Origin: a virus
Reading direction: 5' to 3' (one strand)
Length of the DNA stretch: 64,000 nt
Virus record (IMG/VR): IMGVR_UViG_3300046791_000454
Span: 17,497-81,496 of that record
Both the position numbers and the translations under genes were made by a program. Shown piece by piece: positions 7,146 to 16,096 of the stretch. Below the pieces are notes generated by a model. It made no database searches and was not told where the DNA came from. It was given only the letters and a program-made list of their open reading frames with translations. Positions within the stretch are counted from its first letter, which is position 1; the number at the start of each line of letters is the position of its first letter.

Positions 7146-8303
7146 TCAACTCACGGCGGACAGGTGCGAGGTTGCGCGGCCGACTTGGGAGAGCGACGAG
7201 CGGGCGTTGCCGAGGGCGGAGAGGGAAGCGGCGGCGGAGCCGACGAGGGAGAACGAGAGCCGCGCGGTCGCGATGCGCGGCTCGAGCACGAGCAATCCGA
7301 CTGCCGAGCTGGCGACCGCGAAGGTCGTCCCGATGCACGGGAGCATATGCGCTGCGCGGAGCGATGTCGCGTTCCCGGTCAGCTGGACGCTTCCCGTTGC
7401 GGTCGCCACACGGAGCTCGCGGGCAAGCGCTACGGCTTGGCCCGTGAGCGCGAACGTCCCGGTGCTTGCCTGAAGTGTTGCCCCGGTCTGGAGCGTCAGC
7501 GCAGCCGGTTCGCCAGTGAGTGCGAAGCTTCCAGCGCTGGCCGTGAGCCGGTGGGCCGCATCGAGCGAGGCCGGTTCGCCAGTGAGCGTTAAGGAGCCCG
7601 GGGTGGCCGTCAGGAGCCGGCTCGCGACGAGCCCGGCCGCCTGGCCTGTCATGGCGAAGGAGCCGGTTGCAGCGGCCTCCTGAACGCGGAGCGCGGCGTC
7701 CTGACCCGTGAGCGCCAGGCTGCCCTGCGCAGCGCTCAGAAGGCGCGATGCCTTTGGAGCGGCAGCCACCCCTGTCAGGGCGAAGCTGGCCTGCGCGGCC
7801 GGCATGGTGACCGCGAACGTCGCGGTCGAGCCCGTGAGCGCGAAGCTGCCTTGCGAGGCAGGCAGCGCGACCTGGAGCGCCGCCGCAACGCCCGTAAGCG
7901 TGAAGCTCGCTTGCGTCGTCGTGAGCAGGCGCGACGCCACCAGCGAAGCGGCGTTGCCCGTCAGTACGAACGAGCCGACCGCGGCAGATAGAGTGACGGC
8001 GTGCGAGAGGCTGGCGTTCTGCGCAGTGAGGGAGAACGTTGTAGCCGCTAGTGCAAGCGCATGCGCAGCCGCGAGCGTCGCGGGTTCGCCGGTCAACGCG
8101 AAGGCGCCGAGCGTGGTCGCGAGTGAGTACGCGGAAGCCGTCGGCGGCAGTGCGCCCGAGAACGAGCGCCACGCCACGACGTCAGGCCCCGCAACGAGCG
8201 GGGGGAAGGCGAATAGGCTGGCCTCGCGCGCGTCGTTGTAGGCTGCGACGTCGGGCGCGACGACCAGCGACGGGCGCGCTACGACGTCGGCCGCGGTCGC
8301 CAT
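7146..8303 (-). CDS. repeat-rich fibre-like protein (xSxGSFALTGxxAxL repeats)
   Basis: About 12 imperfect repeats of ~17-23 aa, Ala/Thr/Leu-rich. Confidence 0.8.
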   Translation of the reverse strand: MATAADVVARPSLVVAPDVAAYNDAREASLFAFPPLVAGPDVVAWRSFSGALPPTASAYSLATTLGAFALTGEPATLAAAHALALAATTFSLTAQNASLSHAVTLSAAVGSFVLTGNAASLVASRLLTTTQASFTLTGVAAALQVALPASQGSFALTGSTATFAVTMPAAQASFALTGVAAAPKASRLLSAAQGSLALTGQDAALRVQEAAATGSFAMTGQAAGLVASRLLTATPGSLTLTGEPASLDAAHRLTASAGSFALTGEPAALTLQTGATLQASTGTFALTGQAVALARELRVATATGSVQLTGNATSLRAAHMLPCIGTTFAVASSAVGLLVLEPRIATARLSFSLVGSAAASLSALGNARSSLSQVGRATSHLSAVS

Positions 8304-8304
8304 C

Positions 8305-8808
8305 TTACGCCGGAACTAGCGTGTCCACACTCGCGCCGGCGATGTCAGGCGGACCCGTTCGGTGGACCGTCAGGAAGTGGGCCTCCGAGTAGGGTGACGT
8401 CGCGATGAACGTGCCGCTGATGTCGCTCGTCACCTGAGAGACGAGCTCACCGGTGCTCACGCGGTAGCAGCGGACCGTGCAGTTCGCGGCTGCGCTCCCG
8501 TACTGGTCGCGCGTGACGCCGGCGAACGAGAGCCGCCCATTGCAGCCTGAGTTTGGCCAGACGCGTTGATAGTACGCCGCAGCCTTCACGTCTGAGACGC
8601 CTCCGGTGTCGAGCGTATAGCCCTGACCGGGCCACCAGTCGGTGCTCCAATCGTCGACGCCTAGAAAGTCGCTGTTAGCGAAGATGAGCCCGATAATAGG
8701 CGCCGGCTGAAACTCGTCCGCGCGGTCCCATTCGTCGTCAACGGCGCGGGAGTCGGACGCGAGAAGAAGTGGGACGCCGGTCGCAACCGACGAGACGAAC
8801 CCGCTCAC
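8305..8808 (-). CDS. hypothetical protein with C-terminal Ig/CarboxypepD-like domain
   Basis: GVTRDQYGSAAANCTVRCY...TSDISGTF. Confidence 0.7.
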   Translation of the reverse strand: MSGFVSSVATGVPLLLASDSRAVDDEWDRADEFQPAPIIGLIFANSDFLGVDDWSTDWWPGQGYTLDTGGVSDVKAAAYYQRVWPNSGCNGRLSFAGVTRDQYGSAAANCTVRCYRVSTGELVSQVTSDISGTFIATSPYSEAHFLTVHRTGPPDIAGASVDTLVPA

Positions 8809-9068
8809 GGATCGCCCCGCTCGTGGCGCGCCAGATCGCCGAGCTCGCGGAGCCCGGCGCGCGGAACTACGTCGACGTCCCGAGATGGGACGACGATACC
8901 GGCGTCCGGAACCTGGCGCGTGATGGCGTCCTTTGCGTGATCAAGCATGCGCTTGGCCATCACCGCATCGCCGATGGTTCCGCCCACGGAGAGCATGCCG
9001 TTCGCGTGAAGGCGGACCGTGATCCAGGCCACGGCATCTTCGGGCTGCGGAGGAACTAGGCTACTCAT
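8805..9068 (-). CDS. hypothetical protein
   Basis: Coupled to both neighbours. Confidence 0.65.
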   Translation of the reverse strand: MSSLVPPQPEDAVAWITVRLHANGMLSVGGTIGDAVMAKRMLDHAKDAITRQVPDAGIVVPSRDVDVVPRAGLRELGDLARHERGDP

Positions 9069-9489
9069 CGATCGCGCAATTCAAATCGAGCGCGACGCTC
9101 GCGGTCACGTTGAACACGACCAGGCTCGCCGAAACGGGGACGACGAGACCGCGGGGGAACGTGAAGATCATGCCGACGCCGACCGTCGCCGCGCTGTTCC
9201 AGCGACGATGGTAGTTCGTGGGCGCAGTGGGGGACGTACCCCACGTGAGCGACGCGGTTGTCACGCACGCCGGGTCGCCTGAGTTGTCGCGCTGAAACGT
9301 CGACGTCGTACCTGGAGTGACCCCTTGCGCGGCAGGCCGACCGATCCCGAACGAGCTCGCCGTGCCAGTGACCTGCACGAGGGACAGTTCCAGGACGCGA
9401 GCGACGACGCCGGCCGTCGTTCGAAGTTCCCAGTTGGCATTGCTGATCGTGACGTTCGACGTGCGGAGTGCGATAGATGCGAGGCTCAT
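9061..9489 (-). CDS. beta-rich putative virion protein
   Basis: AAGGA SD; Thr/Ser/Gly-rich. Confidence 0.75.
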   Translation of the reverse strand: MSLASIALRTSNVTISNANWELRTTAGVVARVLELSLVQVTGTASSFGIGRPAAQGVTPGTTSTFQRDNSGDPACVTTASLTWGTSPTAPTNYHRRWNSAATVGVGMIFTFPRGLVVPVSASLVVFNVTASVALDLNCAIDE

Positions 9490-9498
9490 GGTGTTCCT

Positions 9499-9912
9499 TT
9501 AGGCCAGCTGGAGCACGCCGTTGGCGGCGTCGAAGTCGATGAGGATAGACTCTCCGTTGTTCAGCGTGAGATCGGAGCCGTAATCGTACCAGCCGATGAG
9601 CTCCTTGTTCGTCGCCGTATCGTTGTAGATCACGATGTACCGAAACGCGGCAACGGTGCCCGAGGCCGTGAGTGTGAGGTCTTGAAGCACCAGCTTGTAG
9701 GTGCCGCTCGTCTGCGACGAGCTCGTGGTCGTGATGGCGCGCGCGCTGAGATTCGTGTACGCAATCTCGGTCAGATTCGAGAGCTGCGTATTCGACGCAA
9801 CGGGCGCGTTCGCCGCAGCCGTGAGCGCCACCTTGAGCGCGTCGCTTCCGAGGTTGTGGACCTTCTCGGCGACGGCCTCGACGAAGCTGTTGAATTTATT
9901 AAACGATGCCAT
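9499..9912 (-). CDS. conserved phage structural protein (MASFNKFNSFVEA...LIGWYDYG)
   Basis: Recalled widespread ~135-aa fibre-associated family. Confidence 0.8.
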   Translation of the reverse strand: MASFNKFNSFVEAVAEKVHNLGSDALKVALTAAANAPVASNTQLSNLTEIAYTNLSARAITTTSSSQTSGTYKLVLQDLTLTASGTVAAFRYIVIYNDTATNKELIGWYDYGSDLTLNNGESILIDFDAANGVLQLA

Positions 9913-9978
9913 TGGGCGCTTCCTTACACGGCAAAACGGACCGCCTTTTGAGGCGCCGCCCTACAGGTTGATCTGGGC

Positions 9979-10010
9979 AAAAAAAGGCGCCGCTCAATGC
10001 GGCGGGCGCC
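9979..10010 (-). terminator. intrinsic terminator
   Basis: CGCCGC-ATTGA-GCGGCG then CC and T7 on the minus strand, immediately after stop 10011. Confidence 0.85.
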
Positions 10011-10289
10011 TCAGAGGGGCATCGTTGGCGTGCGCTCCAGGATGGCCATCAGCGCCTCCGCCTCATCGGGCCGCTCAGCCCAGGCGCGCTTGGCGATTCT
10101 GGAGACCAGCGCCGCCCGAGCGGGCAGCGGGTGATGCGTCGTCGCGGCGTAGGCGACCGAGACCTCGAGGGGCAGCGCGTCGACGTCCACCGCGTTCAGC
10201 GCGGCGGCGAGGTCGTCCAGGCGGCCGTCCCGCTGGAGCGCGTCGGTCAGCTCGAGAGCCTCCTGAACGAGCGCCAGAACGTCGGTCAA
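10011..10289 (-). CDS. hypothetical helical protein
   Basis: TTG start overlaps upstream stop. Confidence 0.6.
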   Translation of the reverse strand: MTDVLALVQEALELTDALQRDGRLDDLAAALNAVDVDALPLEVSVAYAATTHHPLPARAALVSRIAKRAWAERPDEAEALMAILERTPTMPL

Positions 10290-10849
10290 GGGGCGCCCCG
10301 ACGCATCTTGCCTGCGCGGTCGAGCCACTTGCGCACCTCGGCGAGGCGGACGCGCGACGCTTCGAGCGCCTCGGGGTCGTCGCACCCGGCGCCATGCCAC
10401 AACGCGAACGGCGCCTCGGGGCAGGTGACCATCGAGCCCCGCAGCCGGCGCAGCCCGGTGCGGAAGACTTCGGCCCTCGAGCCGACGAGCCGCTCCCGTT
10501 CCTCGGGGCTCTGCGCGTGCAGCTGAATCAATCCGATAGCCAGCCCGTTGTCGCACCGCCACGGCTCAAGCCTCTTGGCTGCGTCGAGGCACGCGAAGCT
10601 GTCCACGTCGAGCGAGTAGTCCGACTCGACGCGACTCAGCGCCAGTAGGACCAACGCACTGCCGGCGGTCGTGTAGCCTGGCAGTCGCGCTGCGTCGGGT
10701 TCGTGGGCGACGAACCAGGCCGTACGCGCGATGTCCTTGAGACGGGTCCGGCGTTCGTCGACCGACTCGACGGCGTTGCCCGGCTGCGGGCGCAGCGCGA
10801 GCTCGGGCGGGGCGGCCGCGAGCACGAGGGCGATGAGCGCTTCGAGCAT
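10286..10849 (-). CDS. secreted SLT-like lytic transglycosylase
   Basis: Hydrophobic N-terminus; catalytic-type LLALSRVES and DNGLAIGLIQ motifs. Confidence 0.6.
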   Translation of the reverse strand: MLEALIALVLAAAPPELALRPQPGNAVESVDERRTRLKDIARTAWFVAHEPDAARLPGYTTAGSALVLLALSRVESDYSLDVDSFACLDAAKRLEPWRCDNGLAIGLIQLHAQSPEERERLVGSRAEVFRTGLRRLRGSMVTCPEAPFALWHGAGCDDPEALEASRVRLAEVRKWLDRAGKMRRGAP

Positions 10850-10851
10850 CG

Positions 10852-12207
10852 TCACAGCGGCCTCTGGAACTGCACGGCGTACAGGCTGGAGCACTCTTCC
10901 GCACCCGTGTTCGACCCGCACAAGTACGCCGTCGCCGGCAGCGAGATGGCCGCCGCAGCCGCTGCCGACGCAACGCCGTTGCCCGCCGTCGCTCCCAGGA
11001 CCTCGAGGACCTGCTCGCGCGGCGTGTGCCGCGCCCGGATGCAGAGCGGCGTCTCACGGCTCCAGGTGAGCGCCGAGCTCACGGTGTTGTTGGCGCCGCC
11101 GAGTCGGAGCACGAGCTTCGAGTCGGCCTGCCTCAGGAAGAGGCGGTTGTTGGCGTCGAAGTAGAGCAGGTTGTGGTCCGAGCCCTGCTCGGCCGTCGCG
11201 TAGTGCGGAGCGAACACCTTCAACATGTCGAAATAGCCGCCGGGGGCGATGATCGACGGCGAGGAGAGGGAGAGGACGTCGGCTGCGCGCGAGGCGGCCG
11301 CGCCCGTCGTGGGGATGGCGCTGGTCGGGTACTTGCCATCTTCGATCTGCACCCACGCCGCGTCGACCTTGCCCTGCGCAGTGGCGAAGGCATCGCAGGG
11401 AATGACGCTCACGTTCGCACCAGTGGCCGTGTAATTCGCAACGTTGTCTCCGCGGTGCCACAGGCTCAGGTAGACGATGCCGCCCGTGTTCATGGTGCCC
11501 GTGCCGCCCGAGCATCCCGTGAATGTCGTGCTCGTCTTGCCCGTGTAGGCAACCGTCTGCACGCCCGCCCCAGTCGTGACGTTCAGCGTGCCCGAGGCCG
11601 GGAAGGCCGCCGTGTCCGCGACGCTGATGGTCGTTTGCGGCAGGTTCAGGCCGTCCGACGCGGCCGCGATGGTCGTCTGCACGTCGGTGTCGGCGATCCT
11701 CTGCCCGCTGTTCGAGTTGACCGAGCTCTGCGTCGCTGCACCCGACGTGATGACGCCGTTCGTGAGCCACGCCGACATACACCCAGGCTGCCCAATCGTG
11801 GCGCCGGTCCAAGCCGTGAAGACGAACCCCAGGTTCACGGCGTCGGCGTCCGCAACCCTTGTGGCCTCGGTGGCGCCACTCGGCCCCGCGACATGTGTGA
11901 CGGTAGCGTTTGAGGTTGTCCACGTGAACGCGTCGCTAAGCGGATTGCGGTTCGTCGCAGCACGCTCGACGGATAGACCCCAGACGGCGCCGTTCACGCT
12001 CCGAGCTCGAGCAGCGTTCGCGCCGAAGCCGGTGCGCAGCGTCTGGGCCGAGGTCTGCGACGTGCGGCCCGTCGTCGCGCAGGTGATGGCCACGCCGCTC
12101 GGCAAGTTGAACCCGTCGGCGCCAGGGTCGCCCGCGAAGAACGCGGACATGAGAACCCGGCGACGCCGCTGGGCGAAGAACCGCGCGGTTTCCTCGTCGA
12201 CGCGCAC
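10852..12207 (-). CDS. phage spike/fibre protein with LamG/ConA-like C-terminus
   Basis: GLSVERAATN...QIEDGKYPTSAIPTTGAAASRAAD motif of phage spike-fibre proteins. Confidence 0.75.
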   Translation of the reverse strand: MRVDEETARFFAQRRRRVLMSAFFAGDPGADGFNLPSGVAITCATTGRTSQTSAQTLRTGFGANAARARSVNGAVWGLSVERAATNRNPLSDAFTWTTSNATVTHVAGPSGATEATRVADADAVNLGFVFTAWTGATIGQPGCMSAWLTNGVITSGAATQSSVNSNSGQRIADTDVQTTIAAASDGLNLPQTTISVADTAAFPASGTLNVTTGAGVQTVAYTGKTSTTFTGCSGGTGTMNTGGIVYLSLWHRGDNVANYTATGANVSVIPCDAFATAQGKVDAAWVQIEDGKYPTSAIPTTGAAASRAADVLSLSSPSIIAPGGYFDMLKVFAPHYATAEQGSDHNLLYFDANNRLFLRQADSKLVLRLGGANNTVSSALTWSRETPLCIRARHTPREQVLEVLGATAGNGVASAAAAAAISLPATAYLCGSNTGAEECSSLYAVQFQRPL

Positions 12208-12503
12208 TAGCTCTGCTCACTCCACCCAACGCCCACGCAGGTGATAGCCCCCGAACCGGCCACGGTTCGATTCACCCGGAGCAGCTGCGTGTTGTTGGGA
12301 ACCTCGACCTGTTGGTCTGCGGTAAGCGAGCCGGTGCACGCATTGAAGTTCGTCTTGTCGATCGAAGATTCGATTACGACGGTCGCGCTCGCCGCGCCGA
12401 TGCCGATGAACTGGAACCACATGCCTACGTAGGTGCTGCAATCGACTGCCGCGCCGGTAGCGGCGCCGGCAGGCACTAGAAGCGTGATGGTGTCTTTTCT
12501 CAA
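12207..12503 (-). CDS. small jelly-roll-like virion protein
   Basis: GAGGAG SD before TTG; ATVVIESSIDKTNF motif. Confidence 0.7.
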   Translation of the reverse strand: MRKDTITLLVPAGAATGAAVDCSTYVGMWFQFIGIGAASATVVIESSIDKTNFNACTGSLTADQQVEVPNNTQLLRVNRTVAGSGAITCVGVGWSEQS

Positions 12504-12513
12504 TGTGGTCTCC

Positions 12514-13674
12514 TCAGGCCGCCGCAGGCGACGGGTCAGTGTCCGGTTCGAGACTGGTAAGCGCCGCCCGAATGGCGGCTCGCGTTTTGGGACCGACCAC
12601 CGCGTCCGGCGTGAGCCCATGACGCTTCTGGAACGCGACAACGGCGGCCGTGGTTGCAGGCCCAGGAAGCCCGTCCTCGGCAAGCGGCGGGCGTGCGCCG
12701 ATGATGTTGAGCGCTCGTTGGCACCCGAGCAGCGTCGAGAGGTCGACGTGTGTCCGCGCGTGTGGCAGCGCCGCACCTGAGCACCAGGCGAGGAGGTCGA
12801 CCGCAGAGCCAGCGAAGCGGTTGGCGTCGGCGTGGCCCGGGTAGCCGGAGACCGAGGCCGAGTCGGTCCACTGCCAGAAGGCCCAGCTGGGCCAATCGCT
12901 CGGCGTGAGCGGTGAGCCAGTAGTGTAATGGGCAAGCCACAAGTCGCAGCGTCGGGCCGCCTCCGCACGCTCCGCGCGAGGCAATAGGGACCAGAACCCT
13001 GGCGCCGTGTAGAGCAGCGGCCGGCGGGGCATCAAGAGCTCGCCGAGCTCCTCGACGGCCGTGAGCACGAGATCGCCGAACGCTCCGGCATCGAGGCCGC
13101 CGAGCGCCGACGTGGACGACTGCCATTCGACGTCGACCGCGAGGGGGAGGTCGACAGTGCCCGCGCGGTCAACGACCTCGACGAATCGCCGCATCTGCGC
13201 GCGAGGATCGGTCGTGCGTAGGAAGTGGTAGGCGCCGGTGAGGAGCGCCGCGTCCTTCGCACGCGCAATGTGCTCGCCGAAGGCGGAGTCCGTGAGCGTC
13301 ATCCCCTCACTCGCTTTGGCGATGACGAACGTGTTGCCCGCCGCGGCGATGCGTTCGAGGTCGGCACCGCGCTGGTAGCTCGAGAGATCGACGCCCTTGG
13401 CCTGAGGTCGAGCTGGGCTGTAGTCCGCGTCGAACGGAGCAACCGGCGGCAGGCTCGTCGCGACGTAGAGGTTCGTGCCGAGGATGTGGACGCCAGTCTG
13501 CCCGGTGCGGCCGATGGTGTCGTGCCAGGTCACGCGCGCGGTCACGTATAGCGGCCCGAACTGCCGGTGCTCCTCGTAGCCGACGTGACGCTTACTCTTG
13601 TCGTATTCGATCGACTCGGCCCACGCGGTCATCGCGGGCGTCACCTCGGAGTCGCGCATCGGGCGGTCGCTCAT
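12514..13674 (-). CDS. endolysin: GH25 muramidase plus C-terminal PG_binding_1 domain
   Basis: GVDLSSYQ, KASEG, GAYHF, AVDVE, LWLAHY, FWQW; DGLPGPATTAAVVAFQKRHGLTPDAVVGPKT. Confidence 0.92.
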   Translation of the reverse strand: MSDRPMRDSEVTPAMTAWAESIEYDKSKRHVGYEEHRQFGPLYVTARVTWHDTIGRTGQTGVHILGTNLYVATSLPPVAPFDADYSPARPQAKGVDLSSYQRGADLERIAAAGNTFVIAKASEGMTLTDSAFGEHIARAKDAALLTGAYHFLRTTDPRAQMRRFVEVVDRAGTVDLPLAVDVEWQSSTSALGGLDAGAFGDLVLTAVEELGELLMPRRPLLYTAPGFWSLLPRAERAEAARRCDLWLAHYTTGSPLTPSDWPSWAFWQWTDSASVSGYPGHADANRFAGSAVDLLAWCSGAALPHARTHVDLSTLLGCQRALNIIGARPPLAEDGLPGPATTAAVVAFQKRHGLTPDAVVGPKTRAAIRAALTSLEPDTDPSPAAA

Positions 13675-13937
13675 GCATCCTCAAACTTGCTTCGCCAGAT
13701 TAGGAGGTCGCGAATGGCCTGGGTGCGGTCGCCGTACAGAAGCTCGGACCGAACGCGGTCGCCCTCGCGGCGATGCTCCATGGGGCAGCGCGCGAGGCTC
13801 TCATCGACAAGGCCTAAGATGGCGTCGTCGGACATCTTCCTGACGGTGGAAGACGATCCCGGTCGCATCGTTGGAGTCTTGCGGCACGCGCACGGCTCCG
13901 CAATCGAGTATGGTGAGCCGCAGCGATTACAATACAC
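13671..13937 (-). CDS. small Zn-ribbon protein (YCNRCG)
   Basis: GTG start after GGGAG; ATGA coupling to the endolysin. Confidence 0.6.
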   Translation of the reverse strand: MYCNRCGSPYSIAEPCACRKTPTMRPGSSSTVRKMSDDAILGLVDESLARCPMEHRREGDRVRSELLYGDRTQAIRDLLIWRSKFEDA

Positions 13938-13957
13938 CGTTTGAGCTCCCCGCTGTG

Positions 13958-14614
13958 TCACGCAACGGGAAACGTCGCGTCGCCGTGGTCGGCCAGTGCA
14001 AGCGCGAAGTCGTCGTAGCTCATGGCGAAGTAGCCGTCCTTGCCCCACGAGGTGCCCCAGCTATTACAAAACCAGACGAGCCGTGCGCCCGCGTCGTAGC
14101 CGACGAGCTCCACCTCGTGGCCGCCGCGAACGGTGCCGCGATAGCGAACCACGCCGTGCGCATCGGGCTCGTCGCAACCTGTCAACCACGTGAGCCCCGA
14201 GATCCCAGGCCCGAGCATGAGCGCGCCGATGGCGTGCGACGGCGAGAAGGCGTGCTTGTACCCAGAGATCCAGCCACGCGTCTTCATGACCCGCATCACG
14301 GCGAGGCCGCTTGAGCCGGTGTCGAAAGGCGGGTAGACGCCGAGGATGTGGTCGTGGTGCGTCGCCTGGGCGTAGACGCTCACGGCGTCCGCCTCGGTCA
14401 TGTGCCTACCGAAGGGCGCCGTAGAGACGCAGCCAACGGCCGCATTGCCTGTGCAGGACCCAAGCTGACCCTGGTCGAAGGGAGCCACGTTGCGCTCCCA
14501 GCGAATCGTCCGGTGCTCCGCCTGCTCGGCGGGGAACGCGAGGGACCGGTCGTCGTGTGCAACGTGGCGGCCGAGGCGCGGGTCGTGAGGGAGGAAGCGC
14601 GACCGGAGAATCAC
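13958..14614 (-). CDS. papain-like (C1) cysteine peptidase
   Basis: DQGQLGSCTG (Q, C), GGHEV.LVGYD (H), NSWGTSWGKDGYF (N). Confidence 0.9.
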   Translation of the reverse strand: MILRSRFLPHDPRLGRHVAHDDRSLAFPAEQAEHRTIRWERNVAPFDQGQLGSCTGNAAVGCVSTAPFGRHMTEADAVSVYAQATHHDHILGVYPPFDTGSSGLAVMRVMKTRGWISGYKHAFSPSHAIGALMLGPGISGLTWLTGCDEPDAHGVVRYRGTVRGGHEVELVGYDAGARLVWFCNSWGTSWGKDGYFAMSYDDFALALADHGDATFPVA

Positions 14615-15291
14615 TTGCCGGCGTCCTTCGCGCGCTTCGCCGCGAGCCTGCGGTGCACGTCTGCCATGCTCGGGCGCCATGGCGCTGCCGTGCGCATGCC
14701 CCCGTCGCCGACGACCGTGCTGCCGAGCTTGCTGCTGTGCTCCGAGACGAGCTCGGCGATGATTGACTCCAACTCTGTGACGCCGACGCAAAGACCCGCG
14801 AGCTCTGGAGCCGCCAAGAGCCGCAAGCCCTCCTCGCAGACCGGCTCTGCCGCGTTGGCGATGTCCGCGGCCGTCTTGCGCTCGCCGGCAGTGCACGCAG
14901 CCCACGTGAGCCCAAGCCCGCCCCATACGGCGAGCAGGCCCGTTGCCCACGCGATGCGCGCCACATCGCTCGGCGGCGGGGCCCTCGGCGACTTCGGGGT
15001 CGGAGGCCCGTCGCCCGCGGGGGCGCTTGGCGGCGCCTTGGCGGCCTTCACGTTCTCATGCATGCCCGAGCCAGCCAGGCCTGCGACGAGGCCCGTCAGG
15101 GTCGACATGAGCGCCGCCTTCGGGCCCTCGCCCATGCCGAGGCCGTGAGCGACACCGATGGCGATGCCGCCCGCCGTCGAAAGGACCGGAAGCAGGCGAT
15201 CGGAGACCTTGCCCTTGAGGCTACGGCAGACGAGGTAGAGGGCCACGCAGGCCACAAGCAGAACGGAGGGATCTTTCAGAATATCGAGCAT
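14611..15291 (-). CDS. holin-like membrane protein with extended C-terminus
   Basis: Three N-terminal TM segments ending GLVAGLAGSGMHE; a later hydrophobic segment followed by Cys. Confidence 0.7.
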   Translation of the reverse strand: MLDILKDPSVLLVACVALYLVCRSLKGKVSDRLLPVLSTAGGIAIGVAHGLGMGEGPKAALMSTLTGLVAGLAGSGMHENVKAAKAPPSAPAGDGPPTPKSPRAPPPSDVARIAWATGLLAVWGGLGLTWAACTAGERKTAADIANAAEPVCEEGLRLLAAPELAGLCVGVTELESIIAELVSEHSSKLGSTVVGDGGMRTAAPWRPSMADVHRRLAAKRAKDAGK

Positions 15292-15298
15292 GGGGTCC

Positions 15299-16093
15299 TC
15301 AGTGGGGAGCAGCGGCCGGAGCCGCTGGAGCAGTGGGCAGCGGCTGAGCAGACACCCCGAGCCGGGCGGCAACGTAGCCAACGGCCAGCGTGACGACCGC
15401 GACGACGACGAGCCGCACGAGGTCGCGCCGCCAGGTCGACGCCGATTCCTTCGAGCCGTGGCTGAGCGTGAGCTCCGTCTTCTTGAGTTCGACGTCCGCA
15501 ATCGATGCGCGCGTTGCAACGTCGACAGTGAGCTTGCGGTTCTCGGCGGCCAGCACTTCGACGGCGTGCTCCGCCGACATGATCTCGCGCTGCTTCGTGT
15601 CAACCACGTCGTGCCGAATCAGTCCGACCTCGCGCTCGGTCTGCTTCTGCCGCTCGTCCAGTGTGGCCATGAGGACGGTCATATCGTTCCAAGACTTCCG
15701 AACGGCGTCGACGTCGGCGAGCGTGACGGAGCGCTCGCCATCCATCCGCCTCACGCGCGCGGCCACGTCCTGGAGCGCAATGCGCTGATCGCGAAACTCC
15801 TTCGCGATCTTGAGACTCAGCTCGGCGTGCTTCGAGTCCCAGAGCTCAAGTACGGCCTTGATGGCCGATAACTCGTTCGCGATGGTCAGTCCAAAGCTAC
15901 CAAGCTCGCCCTCGATTGCGCTCAGCTTGCGGCCGTTGTCGACACCACGCTGCAGGCCCTCGATGAGGCCGTGGCCGATGACGAGCAGCGCCTCGGCCGT
16001 CTTCTCGTCCGCGAAGTCCTCGGCCTTCCACGCGAGGACTGTTGCGCGGAGCGAGTCCGCCTCGTAGCCGTTGCCGTTATCGTTAGCGGACAT
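15299..16093 (-). CDS. coiled-coil protein with C-terminal TM helix (lysis-associated)
   Basis: Heptad-rich; LVVVAVVTLAVGYVA. Confidence 0.75.
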   Translation of the reverse strand: MSANDNGNGYEADSLRATVLAWKAEDFADEKTAEALLVIGHGLIEGLQRGVDNGRKLSAIEGELGSFGLTIANELSAIKAVLELWDSKHAELSLKIAKEFRDQRIALQDVAARVRRMDGERSVTLADVDAVRKSWNDMTVLMATLDERQKQTEREVGLIRHDVVDTKQREIMSAEHAVEVLAAENRKLTVDVATRASIADVELKKTELTLSHGSKESASTWRRDLVRLVVVAVVTLAVGYVAARLGVSAQPLPTAPAAPAAAPH

Positions 16094-16096
16094 GCG

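Noticed and set aside
9913-9978. sigma54 promoter for the fibre cassette
   Set aside because: GG-to-GC spacing at the TTGC is 8 or 11 nt, not 10
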